Part shown: piece after piece, positions 25,340-39,278 of the stretch
Layout: each line of letters begins with the position of its first letter
Numbering within the stretch: position 1 is the stretch's first letter
Origin: Amoeboaphelidium protococcarum X5
Taxonomy: Eukaryota > Fungi > Aphelidiomycota
Reading direction: 5' to 3'
Length of the DNA: 64,000 nucleotides
Assembly: GCA_023515725.1 (NCBI GenBank)
Contig: JALDTO010000266.1
Coordinates: 754,708 to 818,707, forward strand
Position numbers and translations under genes: made by a program
The notes under the pieces: generated by a model
Seen by the model: only the letters and a program-made list of their open reading frames with translations
What the model was told of the DNA's origin: nothing
The model's database searches: none

Positions 25340-26809
25340 ATGATAAAAGTCACTATTATACATTGGCTTGTAATCGCATTGAAACTACTGATGGTACATT
25401 GTGGTCTCCTTTTGCTAGATAGAAACGCAATCAATTCCATAGCAGCCAAGATTCCGGGCGATTTTTCTAAAGTGGGAATAGGATAATCTGTTGAAGGATA
25501 CTTCGATGAAGTAACTCAGTCATGCAGAAATTACGCGTCGTTTCAGCTGGTATCACCCAAAATCAAAACACTTTTGGATGAGAATAGGTAGCGCAAAGAG
25601 TGGTGCTTGTAAATGAATTTCCTTAGATATGCTTTTGGTCAGCTTAGAAGATTTGTTGATGCGGATGATGAAGAAGATCTCGTTCTTAAGCGCGAAGTGA
25701 GGCTATCTTTAAATCGACTTCAGGGCAATGAAGTCTTTAGAGTACTATCTAGTGATTTCGCCAAACATGAAAAGTTATGGACCTCTGTTGGGTTGAGATT
25801 CATTTTTGAAGGTGACTGTCGCGACGAATATTTCATAAAAGATATGAATTTTGTACTTAAAAAATTAACATTTGGCAAAGTGTTCATTTATTGTAAGGTG
25901 AACATCCAAGCGATCGCGTCTAGAGCATAGTCAGCTAACGAGAAAAGCATCGCTGTTCTACTTGATCAAGACTACTTTAGGCAGGTATTATTGGAGACTG
26001 ATTTAGTGATCAAGAAACTCCTTGACTAATTTGGGGAGCTCCTATAGGAAAGCCTCGTTTTTGTGAACATTGAGACTCAATTGATGTTAATTGTTTCACT
26101 TGCGCGCAAAGATCTTGCTCACTTTTAGAGTATTAGCCTGGATCAGTCGGTCATGTCTGTTTTGCCGTCCATTAAAGATCTCTACATCTAGGCGTATTAC
26201 GAAATTAATTCGGATGCTATAGACAATATGCTGTAAATGCTAGTCGAGTAGAAATTTGGATTTTAAAGTGTGACGGTTGGATTCAAGGTGCTACATCTTA
26301 AGCCATCTGAAGATAGAGTGAGTTCCATCTATAAGAGGCTGAAGTCCATATGTGGCACAAATTGCATTGCATTGAAGCTGTCGTTTGAGTCTAGGGATTT
26401 CGCAAAATACGGTGAAATCTCGAGTTGGGAGCCTGAGCTGATTGACGCGCCCGTTGTGCCTGGTAGTACGTTTGTGAAGGTACGTTACATTGAAGGGTTC
26501 ATCGAATTGCTAAGTGATCTTGATTAGATTCGTGAACACCAGGGAGCTCCGACGAATGCTGTTGGCGACTTGAAGATTGGAATGAAAGTATCCAAGTCCT
26601 ATTTAGATCTGATAATTAGCAAATTGATTCCATAGTTGGTAAATGTTAAGGCGCGAAGTATCCAAGTAATCCTCGAATTGACCTATATGCCTATCTATAG
26701 AATTATTCAGCAGATTTAAGCAGCAGTAAAATCCTTGTAACATCAGGATTGCTCTATCAGTCTTTATATCAAAACCGCGATTGATTGCTCCTTTATTGTG
26801 TCAGTTTGA
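25340..26809 (+). CDS. Secreted protein, uncharacterised family member 2 (489 aa)
   Basis: Signal peptide; GQSVEGYFDEVTQSCRNYASFQLVSPK..EWCL; C-terminal VKARSIQVI; TGA 26807-26809. Confidence 0.75.
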
Positions 26810-27135
26810 GTATGATAGACACTTTGTGCAGCGATTGAATGATCATGATGAATAGACTTTTATTACCAAGTACCTATATCTGACGCGACTTCCTGATTTA
26901 ATTTGGCTAATCTTTGACAGTTTGTATCAAGTCATTTAGCGATGATGAGCATCTAGTCTCAAAGATTCCTCATTACTTTTCAAATTTTAAGCGCTGAGGT
27001 ATGAAAATTTCAAGTACCGTAGGACGATAGATTTAAAATTCTTGCAGAGCAGCTGTGGCGCGTTTCGTCAAGCTTTGTTTCATTGTTTCTCTAACACTCT
27101 CATTTCTGAAACAATCTCATCGTTCCCGTGGAGAA

Positions 27136-30100
27136 ATGGCTGAATAACAGTATCCTCATACTGGTGATAAACCAGTAGTTCCTCCTACTATCTTCATTTA
27201 AGGTATTTTTTATACTGCTACTGTGTCTTGATAAATATTTAATGAATCCATTTGAAATGTTTATGTAGATGAATCTCTGAATGAAGTCAAAGCATCGTAG
27301 TCATCATTGCACAAAGCCGTAGATGAATTCTCAGCCGTCTCTGGGAATCAGACCGAGTTTACTTAGGAATAGAGACCAAAAACTTCACCAGCTAGTTTGA
27401 CGTCCAACTCTATGGACAGGGCGCCTAGTGGGGGCAAATCCGGTATGTTGTAACCGCAGTCTTCATTGTCCTCCCAGCTGAAACCGGACCGCTCTTCTCG
27501 CTCTCTGGCCGCAACGTCAATCCTGCCACCGCGCTCAGTGTCCAAGTTGTCATCTATTGCTGATTTCTTTGAGAAGACTGGTAGCAGATTGCCTAATTCT
27601 GGTAGCACTGGAACGGATGTATTTGCAAAGAATCGCTCAATAACGTCTGCTAGCCAGTCAAGCTCTAAATCTGATGTTTTCGGGTCCGAACGGAAGACTA
27701 GCATTAGTGGAGTGAGATCTAGCATTACTGGTGGCAGGGCAGACAGTTTTATGGATACTGAGACTGCCATATTTACTTTAAATGACAAGGAAGGAGGTAC
27801 AACTAAGCTAGCTGGTAATTCGTTGGGATTATTTTCGCCTGAGAATTGCTTTAGATTGTTTCTTTATCGCTTGATAAGCAGAAAATGGTATTAACCGGTA
27901 ATAACCTTTTTGACGTTCTTAAACTGGATCATATATGCCACCATGAGCTTTGAGAAAAGGTAGAAGCGTTAGGATGAGTTTGGAACCATGTGGTAGGATT
28001 ATGCCCTTCTCGCGGTCTTTATATTTTACACTCTGGAGATAGTTGCTAAATGCATTGTGTACGGATTCTTCATCCGCGGAAATTACACTTTGGTGGATAA
28101 GATTGAATATTATCTCTTGAAATATCTTTTTAAGTCTGACGTGGAACCGCTTGATTATTATGAAGCCAATCATACATTCTGGAAGTCAGCCGGTAACCAG
28201 TTTGACTTTGCTATCTGCATGTTCTTTTGGATTTATGTTGCTATAAGTTAGACTGGTAGTGTTTGGGTCCTTGTGTTTAGAACATTATCAGCAATGCGAC
28301 CATTTAGATTACTGCTTCTGGTATCTAGAGGTCTCTCAGTGATCACTCGCTCTGTCACAAGTTCGTCCAAATTGCTCGGCAAAGTCTTGGTGTTTATTAC
28401 ATTCATTTATCTATTTTTGGCTATAACTGGAGTATAATTTCACAAAGGAAGTCTTGCTAGGCGTTGCGTTATGGAGTCTATAGACGGTAATGGCTTGGTG
28501 AGTAATCAAATGGTTAAACCGGTTAAAGCTTGTGGATCTTATGAGATGCAAGATGGGAGTATAATGGCCGCTAAGTATCATTAAGGTATTCCGCAAGGTT
28601 ATGCTTGTCCTTATCCTCAAGTGTGTAAGTACATGGAGACTGCGAACGAAAACCCTTTTGGATTCGTGTCCTTTGACAATATATTCTCTGCGACTTTCTC
28701 GATATTTCAATCCGCTACTGAGTAGGGTTGGACGCGTACAATGTATATGACGATGGATGCTGAAAGTCCGTTCTCTTTCATATACCATGTCGTTGTGATA
28801 CTTTTAGTGGATTTCATTCTCATGAATATGTTGGTGGCTGTCATCTCGGAGACATATTCAAGCATCAGAAGTCAATATTAGGAAGCTTTGGTAAAGGAGA
28901 GAAAGAGAAAGCAAATCCTTTAGTAAACTGCCAATGGCTGGAAATTGACAAAGGAAGGTAATAAGTTTGACACTCGCTCAGTTCTTTACGAATATGCCAA
29001 GTTTATCACAACCTCTTCATGGTATAAGTATGTTGTCGTTGCTGCCTCGCTGCTATCTATTTCCACTGTGTTGATGGACTAGAAGTATGCAGCCGATGAA
29101 GGTATGCTGCAATTAACATACACGATAGACTTATTATTGCTTTTATTTTTCGCTGTCGATGTGTTAATTTAATTCAATGGTTTGGAAAATGGCGAGAAAT
29201 TCTATCACAGCAAACAAAGACTATTTGATACTTTTTTGGTGATTGGCAATGCCTTGATTGATATTCCCTAGGTCAGATGGAGTCCAGTCGCCAAATATTT
29301 AAGTCTGTTCCAGATTTTGCGTTTTTAAAGACTGGCAGAAGCATTTCCTAGACTGTAGAAGACTCTGAAGCTGGCCTTTGGTGATTTGTAAAGCTTCTTT
29401 AGTGTCATTGTCTTTGTGATTATGATTCTTTCCACCTTTGCTACTATGGCGATGCAGTTATTCGGCGGCCATATGGAATTTCTGGATCCTAATAGCCCTG
29501 AATCCAACTTTGACAGCTTCTTTGAAGCCTTCCTAACTACTTTCTAGTGTATGGTGTCTGACAATTGGACGGATCCTTTGTACAGCGGTCTGCTCTCTTA
29601 GTAAGGTAATACGGTGGGATTCTTCTTCTCTGGCATCTTCTTTACATGCCTGTTCATAATGTGTCATTCCGTGGTGGTGGATCTTGCTGTCGCTGTATTG
29701 CTTGAGAATTTTGAGTTTCAAGAAGAGGAGAAGAAGTTTGGACAAGTGGTTTAGCTTTTGAACAAAATTGATGGTGCCTCATAAAAAGACCAGTCTAGCT
29801 ACTTTAGCAAATGGAATCCTTTTACTTATGTGCGTCCAAGTCCCCGCATCTTGTCAGTGAAGTAGTTGCCATAACAGTTTCGTGCCAAAATTCGTGCTGT
29901 CTATCATAACGAGTTTGTGAAGGGGTACAGCGATGATTCTGCAAAGTTATTGAAGGATAATGGCGATGATGAATCTGATTATGTTGGCCCATGGAAGCTG
30001 TTTAAAAGAGCTTTGAGGGAGAAGATGTTTGGCAAGGATTCTGTTGCAGTGAACGATTTGAAAGATCCGTCATCTGCATAATAAGAATAAGACGATCAGG

Positions 30101-33100
30101 GGGCAGTCGATAACACCACTTTGGATGACGGATCGTATGTGCGCAATAAAGTCCTCGCTATCGTGTCTGAGCTGAGACATCGCGGCGGAAGCAAGACTTT
30201 GCATCATGCTAAGAATTTGGATCAGCTTAATCCCGCGTTTGATGAAGCCTAAGTGAGAGTGTAGACGGACCAAGGAAGTGAAAGGAGAGAAGCCGTGTCC
30301 CGCTTTAACGAAGCTCATCCTTTGTATGACGCTAGCTATTTCCTATTTACGCCTGATCATTGGTTTAGACGGTTATGCATATTCTTAGTAGGCAAGAATG
30401 GCACCAGGCGTCGTAAGATGTCTATAGCTATTGAGAATATATTTATCATTCTATCTTGTCTTGCGCTGACATTCGACTCCCCTGCCAGTAGAAGAAGATC
30501 ATTGGAGTCTTTTTTGGTTAGTTATGCCACAAGTTAGAACACGACAGTGAGCTAAATTGATCTTATCAACCCAGTTCCTGAATTTCGAAGGCTCATCGAG
30601 TCCAAGGAATTTTATCGCGAGTGGGTGTATCTTAGCAATGATATATTTGCAGTGATTTTTGCTCTGTTCTTTTTGTTCAGAAGCGTCGCTGATGGTCTAC
30701 TGATATCTCCTTAGCCTTTTCTTCTCAATGGATGGAGCTGGATTGATGTTATTACGTTGTTCACCTCTTGGTATAGCATTCTGACTCCTGTGTCATCGAA
30801 TGTAGGCTTTCCTCGTATAGTGCGTGCCCTTCGTGGTCTAAAAGCTTTTCGCATTATACCGTAATTTGACGGAATGAAACGCATATTTGAGACTGTGAGT
30901 TCTAGTTTTTTGAATATCATGGAAGCTATCCTGCTATTCCTATTCTTCCTAGTGCCTTATGCTAGCTATGGAAATGTTCTCTTTGCCGGACTCATGAACA
31001 GCTGCAATGATCACTCGATGTTGACCGCCAATGAGTGTACTGGGATTTATCTCGATCAAAGTCTTGGCTATTACATTCCTCGTTAATGGGCGGCTCAGCA
31101 GATTACGACAACTTTTGATGACTTTTGGTCTTCGCTTCTCAGTCTGTTTGAAATGGTGCTTGAAGAAGGTTGGATGTTGAAGTTTTATGCCGGTATATCC
31201 AACAATGGTGTTGTTGGTGGAGAATCTAAGTGGCCTCCATTGTCTCCGTGGAATGCTTTCTATTTTTTGATTTGGATGATATTTGGATATGTCATTATGC
31301 GTAATCTCTTTGTCGGTGTCATTATGCAGGCTTTTATGACTAGAGATGGAACGGCTTTATTGACGGTACGGGTGCATTTGTTTATGTTGATTATTAACGA
31401 TTAATTATACTCTCATGTAGAATCAGTAAAGGAACTGGGTCGAAGTTTAGAAATCTATGAAATTGTTGAGACCAACCAGGAAAAGAGAACTTGTAAGCAA
31501 TTCAAAATGGCGCGGACTTTGCTTTAATCTGGTGAAAGATAAAAATGGTCCATTGTCAAAGCTGGTCTTTTGGACTACGATTGTAACTACCATTGTGATG
31601 ATGTCCAACTTTTAGTAGTATGTCACGTTGGCTAACGGCGATCTATCTCCTGATTATTCTCTTGTTGCATATGATGGATTCTTGCGTTATTTTTACGGAT
31701 GTGTGTCCATTGTATACATGTTTGAGTTTGTAGTCAAAAGATATGGGCTTGGTTTTAAAAAGGTAATGTTATTTAGCGTTAATATTAGCTTATCTAATTC
31801 TTTTTAATGTAGTGGCGTCAAAATCCATGGCACTGGTATGATCTTTTCGTTGCGCAAGGATTGTTTACTATTTCTGTGCTTCGAATGGCAAAAGTTGATC
31901 TACTGTTATAGTAGACTGAAGCCTTTGTGTAAATTCAGAATGCTTTTCTGGATATGACGTTTATCAAGCTAATACCTCTTGTGCCTGTACTCAAGACATT
32001 TGACAAGACTATAACTGCTAGTGCTAAACAAATTTCCAATGTGCTTGGTGTTCTTCTTGTTACGCTCACGGCATATACTTTGATTTGTATGGAGCTGTTT
32101 GGTCTAACCCGTCACGGTACCACTACTGACTCACATGCCAACTTTAGGCAGTTTGGTGTTGGAATGTTGACACTGTTTAGAATGACTACCGGAGAGGTGT
32201 GGAACGGTATAGTGAAAGATATGCGCGTTGAGTATCCAGAATGTGAAGCTAATCCTTTCACATATCTGTTGAGTGACTGTGGTAGTAATTCTTTTGCTCT
32301 GCTAGTTTTCATCTCTTTTGAGATTGTCATGACTTTAATATTCACTGGTCTATTCGTGGTGACCGTAGTAGATAGTTTTGATGCGGCCTAGGAAGAAGGC
32401 TCAGAGGTGACCGTGCTAACTGCTGAGGATTTGGCTTTATTCAAGTAGAATTGGGCCGAATTCGATCCAAAGGGGAAAGGATTTATTAAAGTCGATCAGA
32501 TTCCCCGTTTCCTAAGTAAATTGTAAGGAAGATTGCGCGTTGAGGTTTACAGCAAAGAATTTCAAGTGCATTAGTTAATGGGTAGTTGTCGCTATATTCC
32601 GGCTAAAAAGCAGTCTGACATCAAGTTTGGTTCTCAGAATCTGAAATAAGCAATTGTTAAGTCTGAAAGTACTGAGAAGCCGAAACTGCGATCCAGAATA
32701 CTTAGCTCGAACATTGTAAAATCTTTGACCAAGACAGCGTCCGCTGGCGCTGACGAGGAGTTGAGCAAGACTGCTAATGGTGGCGGGTTGAAGCGCATGA
32801 ACACTGACAATGCCATTTTGGAATCTGCTAATGATAAACCGAATCCATTGAAGCCCAAAATTTTGGTCTCTAGCATGATTGATGTGACTGCTGATGACGT
32901 TGGAGTATATGGATCTTTGTCTAGAGATTAGAAAAAAGGTGACTCTGCTAGCAAGTTGAGAAAGTCTACCATATTGAGCGTTTCATCCGATTAGTAGAAA
33001 CAAAAGTCCGTGTACGATACAATGGTGAAAAAGATGGTCAATATTACCTTATTGAATTAAACGTTGAGTGGACTCAAGAATGAACAAGTTAGAACTCGCC

Positions 33101-33879
33101 GCGCTAAGCTTAACTTTGTTTATCATGAGGCTTTGTTGGCTGACGATAGAGAGAATGGAATTTCGTTTTAAAAAATGCTTCATATCCTCTCTATGTAATT
33201 GATTGACCCGGAGAAAGCGCTCAAAATTGAAGAGTTGTTCCAGAGATAGCAAGAGATTGAAATGATTTACGAATAGGTGTGCAAAGAGAAGTTAAGATCC
33301 ATTTTTGTTGGAATTGCGATTCAAAGAAGGTACGAGCGCATGAGAGAGTAGCGCGACATCATTACATCTGGAGATCGTCCTGTAAGTGCTGGTGATATCC
33401 CTCCTGTACCATCGATTGATCGCAGCAAGTTTCCATTTATGCGTGAGGCATCTAATCTGTCTTCCGGTAGGAATAGTGCAAAGGCATCAGAACGACCAGA
33501 TAGTAGAATGAATGAGTTTGGTCAGGCTGATGATGGAATAAAGTTTGGATCTCCTTAACAGATCCCGACGATTGTCGTGGTTGACGAAATGTCCAATGCT
33601 ACAATTCCTCGTCGCGGTGATTTTAATGCTCCGATAGAGAAGGCTGATGCTTCGGCAGTGTCAATGATTTAAGATTCTCTGAACTTGTCCACCGGTAGCT
33701 CCGGTAACATGAAGAATTCACCATCAAAAGTCTCTTGGCGTGAAGCTGGTACAGGTCCCTCAGCATTAAACAGTTTCCAGAGCATTCCAGAGTCAGTGGC
33801 TGCACACCATGAGTTGTCTGAGGTTCAGTGTAAAGCATTGATGGATAATTTGAGAAAGTCCTCTTGGTTAAAAAAGTGA
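27136..33879 (+). CDS. CCH1: Four-domain Cch1/NALCN-family calcium channel; introns 27203-27268, 31366-31420, 31763-31812
   Basis: Four 6-TM repeats with pore loops FQSATEQGW, FQCMVSDNW, FEMVLEEGW, FRMTTGEVW; S4-like RALRGLKAFRII; DCGS; WAEFDPKGKGFI EF-hand-like motif; GT-AG introns restore frame. Confidence 0.88.
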
Positions 33880-34323
33880 TTGAATACGTTGATGTTTGAT
33901 GAAGTTTAATTTGATGTTTTATTTAGTTGTATGGATATAAATATAATCTGTTGGTTTAAGATACTTTTTGTTTGAGAAAAGGTACCGTCTATGCCTTTCG
34001 TTAGCAAGATCAGATTCCTACAGAGTGTCGCGTAAATTACTCTAAGTCGTTTAAATTGATCGAGTGGATGCACGCAGTCCATGTTCATGTCCGCGTTGGC
34101 AAAACAAGTAGACGCTGGAAAACTTTCACCATATCTTAAACTTTAACAACCTGGGACTTTTAGTAACAATCTGACTACCTCTTTCTAATCCTTTAAATTT
34201 TTTGATGCGTGTAAGTGTATCTGAAATAGGATGCTATAAATTTGACGACGCTGGTGAAAACTCTGCAAATTGTAAGACGCTTTTTAGTTTTTAACTTAGA
34301 TAAACAATTTAGAATTCTGAAAT

Positions 34324-35004
34324 ATGGGACTAGCAGAACCGAAAAAACGTAAAGATAAGCCTGTTGTGGGTGATATTCGGAATTTAAATAACTATTGGAA
34401 GGATAGCGTTGCTCCGCTCTCACCAGCATATAAGATGCTTCAGAAAATGGGATGGAAAGATGGTAAGGGTCTTGGTAGAAATGAAGAAGGACACACGGAG
34501 CATATCAAAATCAAATTAAAAACTGACGCTACTGGTATTGGATCTCATGAATTGCCACGCTCAGAAGACAATTGGCTTGCGCATACGGATGCATTCAATG
34601 ATATATTATCTCAGTTAAATGTCCAGATTGCTCCTGATAGCGCTGATTCAAAGATCAATATGAGCGATAGTGAAGTAGCAGTTGATTCTAAGACGGCATC
34701 TGCGCCTGCATTTGGAAGGCTTGCTCACAGGGCGAAATTTCTAAAAGCCAAGTAAGAGGCCACTTCAGATACTAGCAATCACATTCACATCTTTGGGTAA
34801 TCCTCCACATCTGTTTCTGTTAATCAAACAGTTGTAAATCGCGTTTCAGAAACGTAAGTGCGTGAAGATAATGACGTTATTACCGAAAAGAGTCGTAATA
34901 AGAAGGAGAAATCTAAAAAGAGCAAATCAAGTTAGAAGGATAAAATATCCAAGAAGTTGAAAAAGTCAAAGAAGGCGCGTGCTCATAAGTGTGAATAGTC
35001 CTGA
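34324..35004 (+). CDS. G-patch protein, PinX1/Pxr1-like
   Basis: MGLAEPKKR, KMLQKMGWKDGKGLGRNEEG..EHIK, WLAH..AFNDILSQLN, HRAKFLKAK, Lys-rich tail. Confidence 0.85.
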
Positions 35005-35090
35005 TGAAGCAGAAGAGTTACCATATCAATAGAAATGTATACATCAAAAGTATTTTATTATATACATGCTTAACCAATACAACAATCACA

Positions 35091-35303
35091 TCACTAATTA
35101 GATTCAGAAGAGTATGAGAATGGAGGGACTGACTTTTTAGACTCTTCAGACACACCTAGCTTTCTCATTATACGATCACGTTCTTTCTCCTTCAAAAACG
35201 CGTCCTTCTTATTGTTGTAAGTTATATACTTGGTCACTTGATATCCCACAAATCCAGCTCCTAATACATACGCCCAGCCTTTAAGTATTTGATTGACAAA
35301 CAT
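35091..35303 (-). CDS. Small single-TM protein (DUF4748-like, 70 aa)
   Basis: GWAYVLGAGFVGYQVTK followed by a charged helix; TAG=Gln then TGA 35091-35093. Confidence 0.55.
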
Positions 35304-35555
35304 TTTATACCGCGCGTAACCTTAATGATGGATTGATCTAACTGCTGATGTCACGCATTATCGCCTGAGATTTCACCACTCGTCCTTTGTTGATTGGATC
35401 GCCCCGCGTCGCGCCAGATATTTTCGCCTTAACCGAAATCTTTGCGTGATCCAAAATTTCTTTCGCGTCCAAGAAGCTCTAACGCTTACAATATATCGCC
35501 AATTTAATTGTGATTTCCGTAAGGAAGATTTGAATTGTCAATATTAATATTAAGC

Positions 35556-36122
35556 ATGCCGAATCTTAAATTATAGAAGCGTCTCGCTGCTGCTGTTTTA
35601 AAGTGTGGAAAGCGTAAGATCTGGTTGGATCCTAATGAGACGCAGACTATTGCTGAGGCTCACTCGCGCCAGGCTATTCGCAGATTGAAGAAGGATGGAC
35701 TGATTATCCGTAAGCCACAGGCTATGCACAGTCGCGCTCGTGTGCGTGCCATGCTCGAGGCCAAGAGAAAGGGAAGACACATGGGAACCGGTAAGCGTCG
35801 TGGTACCCGCGAGGCACGTATGCCATCAGAGGTTCTGTGGATGCGTCGTCAGCGTGTGTTGAGAAGATTGTTGCGCAAGTACCGCGCCTTGGGTAAGATT
35901 GACAAGCACTTGTATCACGATCTCTACATGAAGGCAAAGGGTAATGTTTTCAAGAACAAGAGGGTTTTGATGGAGTACATTTACAAGGCAAAGGCTGACC
36001 AGGCTAGAACTAAAGTGCTGGCTGATCAGGCTGAGGCTCATCGTGCAAAGACCAGAGCTGCTAGAGAGCGTCGTGCTCAGCGTGTTGCCACCAAGAAGGA
36101 AGCATTGGCTAAGCCTGAGTGA
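35556..36122 (+). CDS. RPL19: 60S ribosomal protein L19 (eL19)
   Basis: MPNLKLQ(TAG)[21 protein letters not shown]...[16 protein letters not shown]...[11 protein letters not shown]. Confidence 0.97.
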
Positions 36123-36280
36123 ATACGCTAATGAAGATACTTTATTTACTATATTATACACATCATTAACCGCTTAAAGGTGGTTTTCATGTCTTTTATT
36201 ATCACACATCATCATCATCCGTGTTAATCAGCGGAAATGTGTGTCAACCGCAGATCGCTGTTACCACAGTTAAAGTCAAT

Positions 36281-38244
36281 TCAACTTGGACCAGATTCTT
36301 GATCATCAGCTTAAATATCATCCTGAGGAGAAGCCAACATATCTTCAACCAGATCAAACTTCTAATACTTATAAGTCAGACTCATCAGCGAAAATACAAT
36401 GGCAGCAGCGAATATCAATGCGGCAAAGAAGAAGTACTCTGTAGAGTTGAGCTTAAATAGGGTGGCTTCAGCTAGCAAAACAACCACTAGATTTCCAATG
36501 GCAACTGTGAGCAGCCAGCAAGCCTGCATTACCGATTTCATTTAAGGCGGCGATTGGGAATAAGCAAACTCTAAGCCTGTAATACTAAACATTATCTCGC
36601 CAGCTGTAAGTACGACATACTGAGGGATCTACAGAGAGATATGAACACAACGTTAAACACAAAAGCCATTCTCATCAAATTGGCCATTCTAAATACCGAC
36701 TTCGAGTAAAGCTGCCATAATGAAAGCCACACCAGTGAGAAACATTCCGATTGACATTCTCTATAACGGTTTGATCTGCCATTTGAGATACTTGGCACAG
36801 AGCGGATATATAATCCTATCAAAGAGAGGAATCATCGCAAGAATAAGCAGAGCATTGACCAATTGCATCTGATCGTACTTTATACGCCATTCCGCACCAC
36901 CAGAAAGACGAACAATTGGATCCATCTTCTTGGCCTGAGCAACCCAACGGGAGCTCTACTAATCATACAGAGTCCAAAAGAAGGGAAGAGGTAGGAACAT
37001 GTATAGCACTGACAGAACTGATTTGACTTGTTAGATCACTTGTGGACTGTACGCTGCTGAAGCATAATTTAACCAATGGTCAGTGACGAGTACGGTATTC
37101 TCTTGAGATTGAGCATGAAGAAGATTCTCCACAGAGCCCACGGGACTACTGACAGGAGTCTTTTTTAAGCGAATAATCTCGGCATTTCTATCCATCATCG
37201 GCGAGGTGACAATACTTGGTGACTTCATAATGCCCGCTCTAACTGTTGAGTTATCTAAAGCGCGATTACCATTGCTATCACTTTCATTGATGTCCAGTTC
37301 ACTTCCTGCAACATCAGATAAGCGCTAATATTGGTTTCTAGATTGATATTTATTAAATAAAGCAGTTTTAACCACAGAGTACAAAAGCATTAAAGAATTT
37401 TCGCCAATCGGAATCTTTTTATACCGACCACCCATATTACCAAGTACAAATATAATAGTGGCCACCACCATTAATACGGCAGGTACGCCAAAAGCCAAAG
37501 GAAAACAACTATCTAATCCAAAACATTTCATGGAGCGCAATTCAGGTGTAACAAATGTGCTCAGCAGAGATCCAGAGTTGATAGAAAAGTAGAACATACT
37601 GAAGAATCTCTGGATCTACAATGTCTAATCTGCCTCAAACTAATCTCCTCCAAAAGAACTCACATTAGACTTTATACCGCCAGTACCAACGGCAAGTAGC
37701 AAAAGTCCTATAAGGGCACCCCAACTACACAATTTCATTAAAAATTGATGTGATTTGAAGAATGTAAGGAAATAATAAACTAAAATCTTACGCTTAGGGA
37801 GGATTTCCAGTAACGTAAGGAATCGATGTGACAGCCAGGATGAGATTACCCACACAGTAGACTAAAGAGAGATTGAAAATGGTTCGGTACTTACCCCAAT
37901 ACGAGTCGCCTAAAATACCACCGATCAGTGGGAAGAAGTAGGCAAACATTCCAAAAGAATGTACCACTTGCACGGCTTTACTCTCAGTCATGAGCAAGTA
38001 GCTAGTCAGATAGACAAACAGCACAGTCTTCATGCCATAAAAGGAGAACCTCTCACAAAATTCATTGCCAATGATAAAGTACACAGCAGTTGGGAACTTC
38101 TACTCTTACACACACACACATGAACATGATATGGCACTGGTTGATGATTCAGTAACAAAATCTTACATCTTTTTGTGGGACTTATACCTATGAGAAATTG
38201 ATACCCAGATCGTCATCCACAATCGATCCATCGTCTATATCCAT
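36281..38244 (-). CDS. POT/PTR2 (PepT-type) oligopeptide transporter; introns 38100-38166, 37725-37791
   Basis: NEFCERFSFYG (ExxER), GTGGIKSNVSSFGGDQF, FYFSINSGSL, FWTLYDQQSSRW, GLEFAYSQSP..MKS. Confidence 0.92.
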
Positions 38245-38506
38245 ACTTGGACTGAATATGATCAAGTATGCAAGATGAGAACAATTGAAATTGTTTCAGC
38301 GATAAAAGCGAAAATCGTTTCAGTCAGAGAACGAATGATGACTGCAAGAGCTTACTTACTTACAATCCTCGTTTCAGCTCTGTTCATAAGGAGTGCATAG
38401 TTCATCAAAAGTTAAAGAAAAATTAGCTAAAAGAGTAAGAATAATATCTAAATGTATATCATATATATTCAATTACCTTCATTGTTGGTAATACGAATAG
38501 CGGGTA

Positions 38507-39046
38507 TCAGAGCTTGAATAAGTGAGTGTAGATTCGGGACGTCTCGTGGACTGGCATCTCGTTCGACTTGAAGTCGTTGAGCTCCCTCTTGATCATCATA
38601 GCAATAGCAGGAGTCAGGTGTAGAACAAAGTCAGATTTACGGTCATAGTCTTCTCTGTGATGAGCTTCACCTACCAGAACAACCTCATTGAATCTGAATT
38701 GATTACTTTATTTCTTGGATGAAGCATTACGCGACTTTTTCAAGCAACTTTTAACGCGAGGACTCTCAGAGGATGAAGCAGACGATGAAACAGAGTCGAT
38801 ATCCATTGCATCAACATCCACAATATCTCGCTCAGGAATAGAGTGTTTTAATGCAGCATTCAGTGCCATTCTGAGAGAGTACACAGCATTAGCAGCAGTG
38901 AATGAGTTGCTTCTTCTCAGCATCTTTCTACTCTCGGTATTCGACTGGGAGGATGGAGCTGCATTGCTACTGCTCAGCGCGCGACGATGTTGTGCCACCT
39001 TGTTACCAGATCTCAATTGCAATTCTCTTTAAGCTACTGCAACCAT
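38507..39046 (-). CDS. Bni4/Phactr-type PP1-binding protein (179 aa)
   Basis: SCLKK...FRFNEVVLVGEAHHREDYDRK...LTPAIAMMIKRELNDFKSNEMPVHETSRIYTHLF matches the Phactr/Bni4/Afr1 C-terminal domain. Confidence 0.8.
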
Positions 39047-39278
39047 TTTGGATGTGTAAGATATATTAGTTTGAGGATATTAGAATATAATATTTGACGT
39101 GTTATATATTATTGTAATGAAGAATAAAGAGATGAGTTGAAGTGAGGATCATCATATCCAGCTAAGCTTTACCAAAATAGTAACACTCGGATCAATAAGG
39201 CAACATTTGTGCATATTCTAGAATACCTAGTTTTTTATTTTAAGTAACACACATCAATTGTACTTGGACAGGAGTTCA

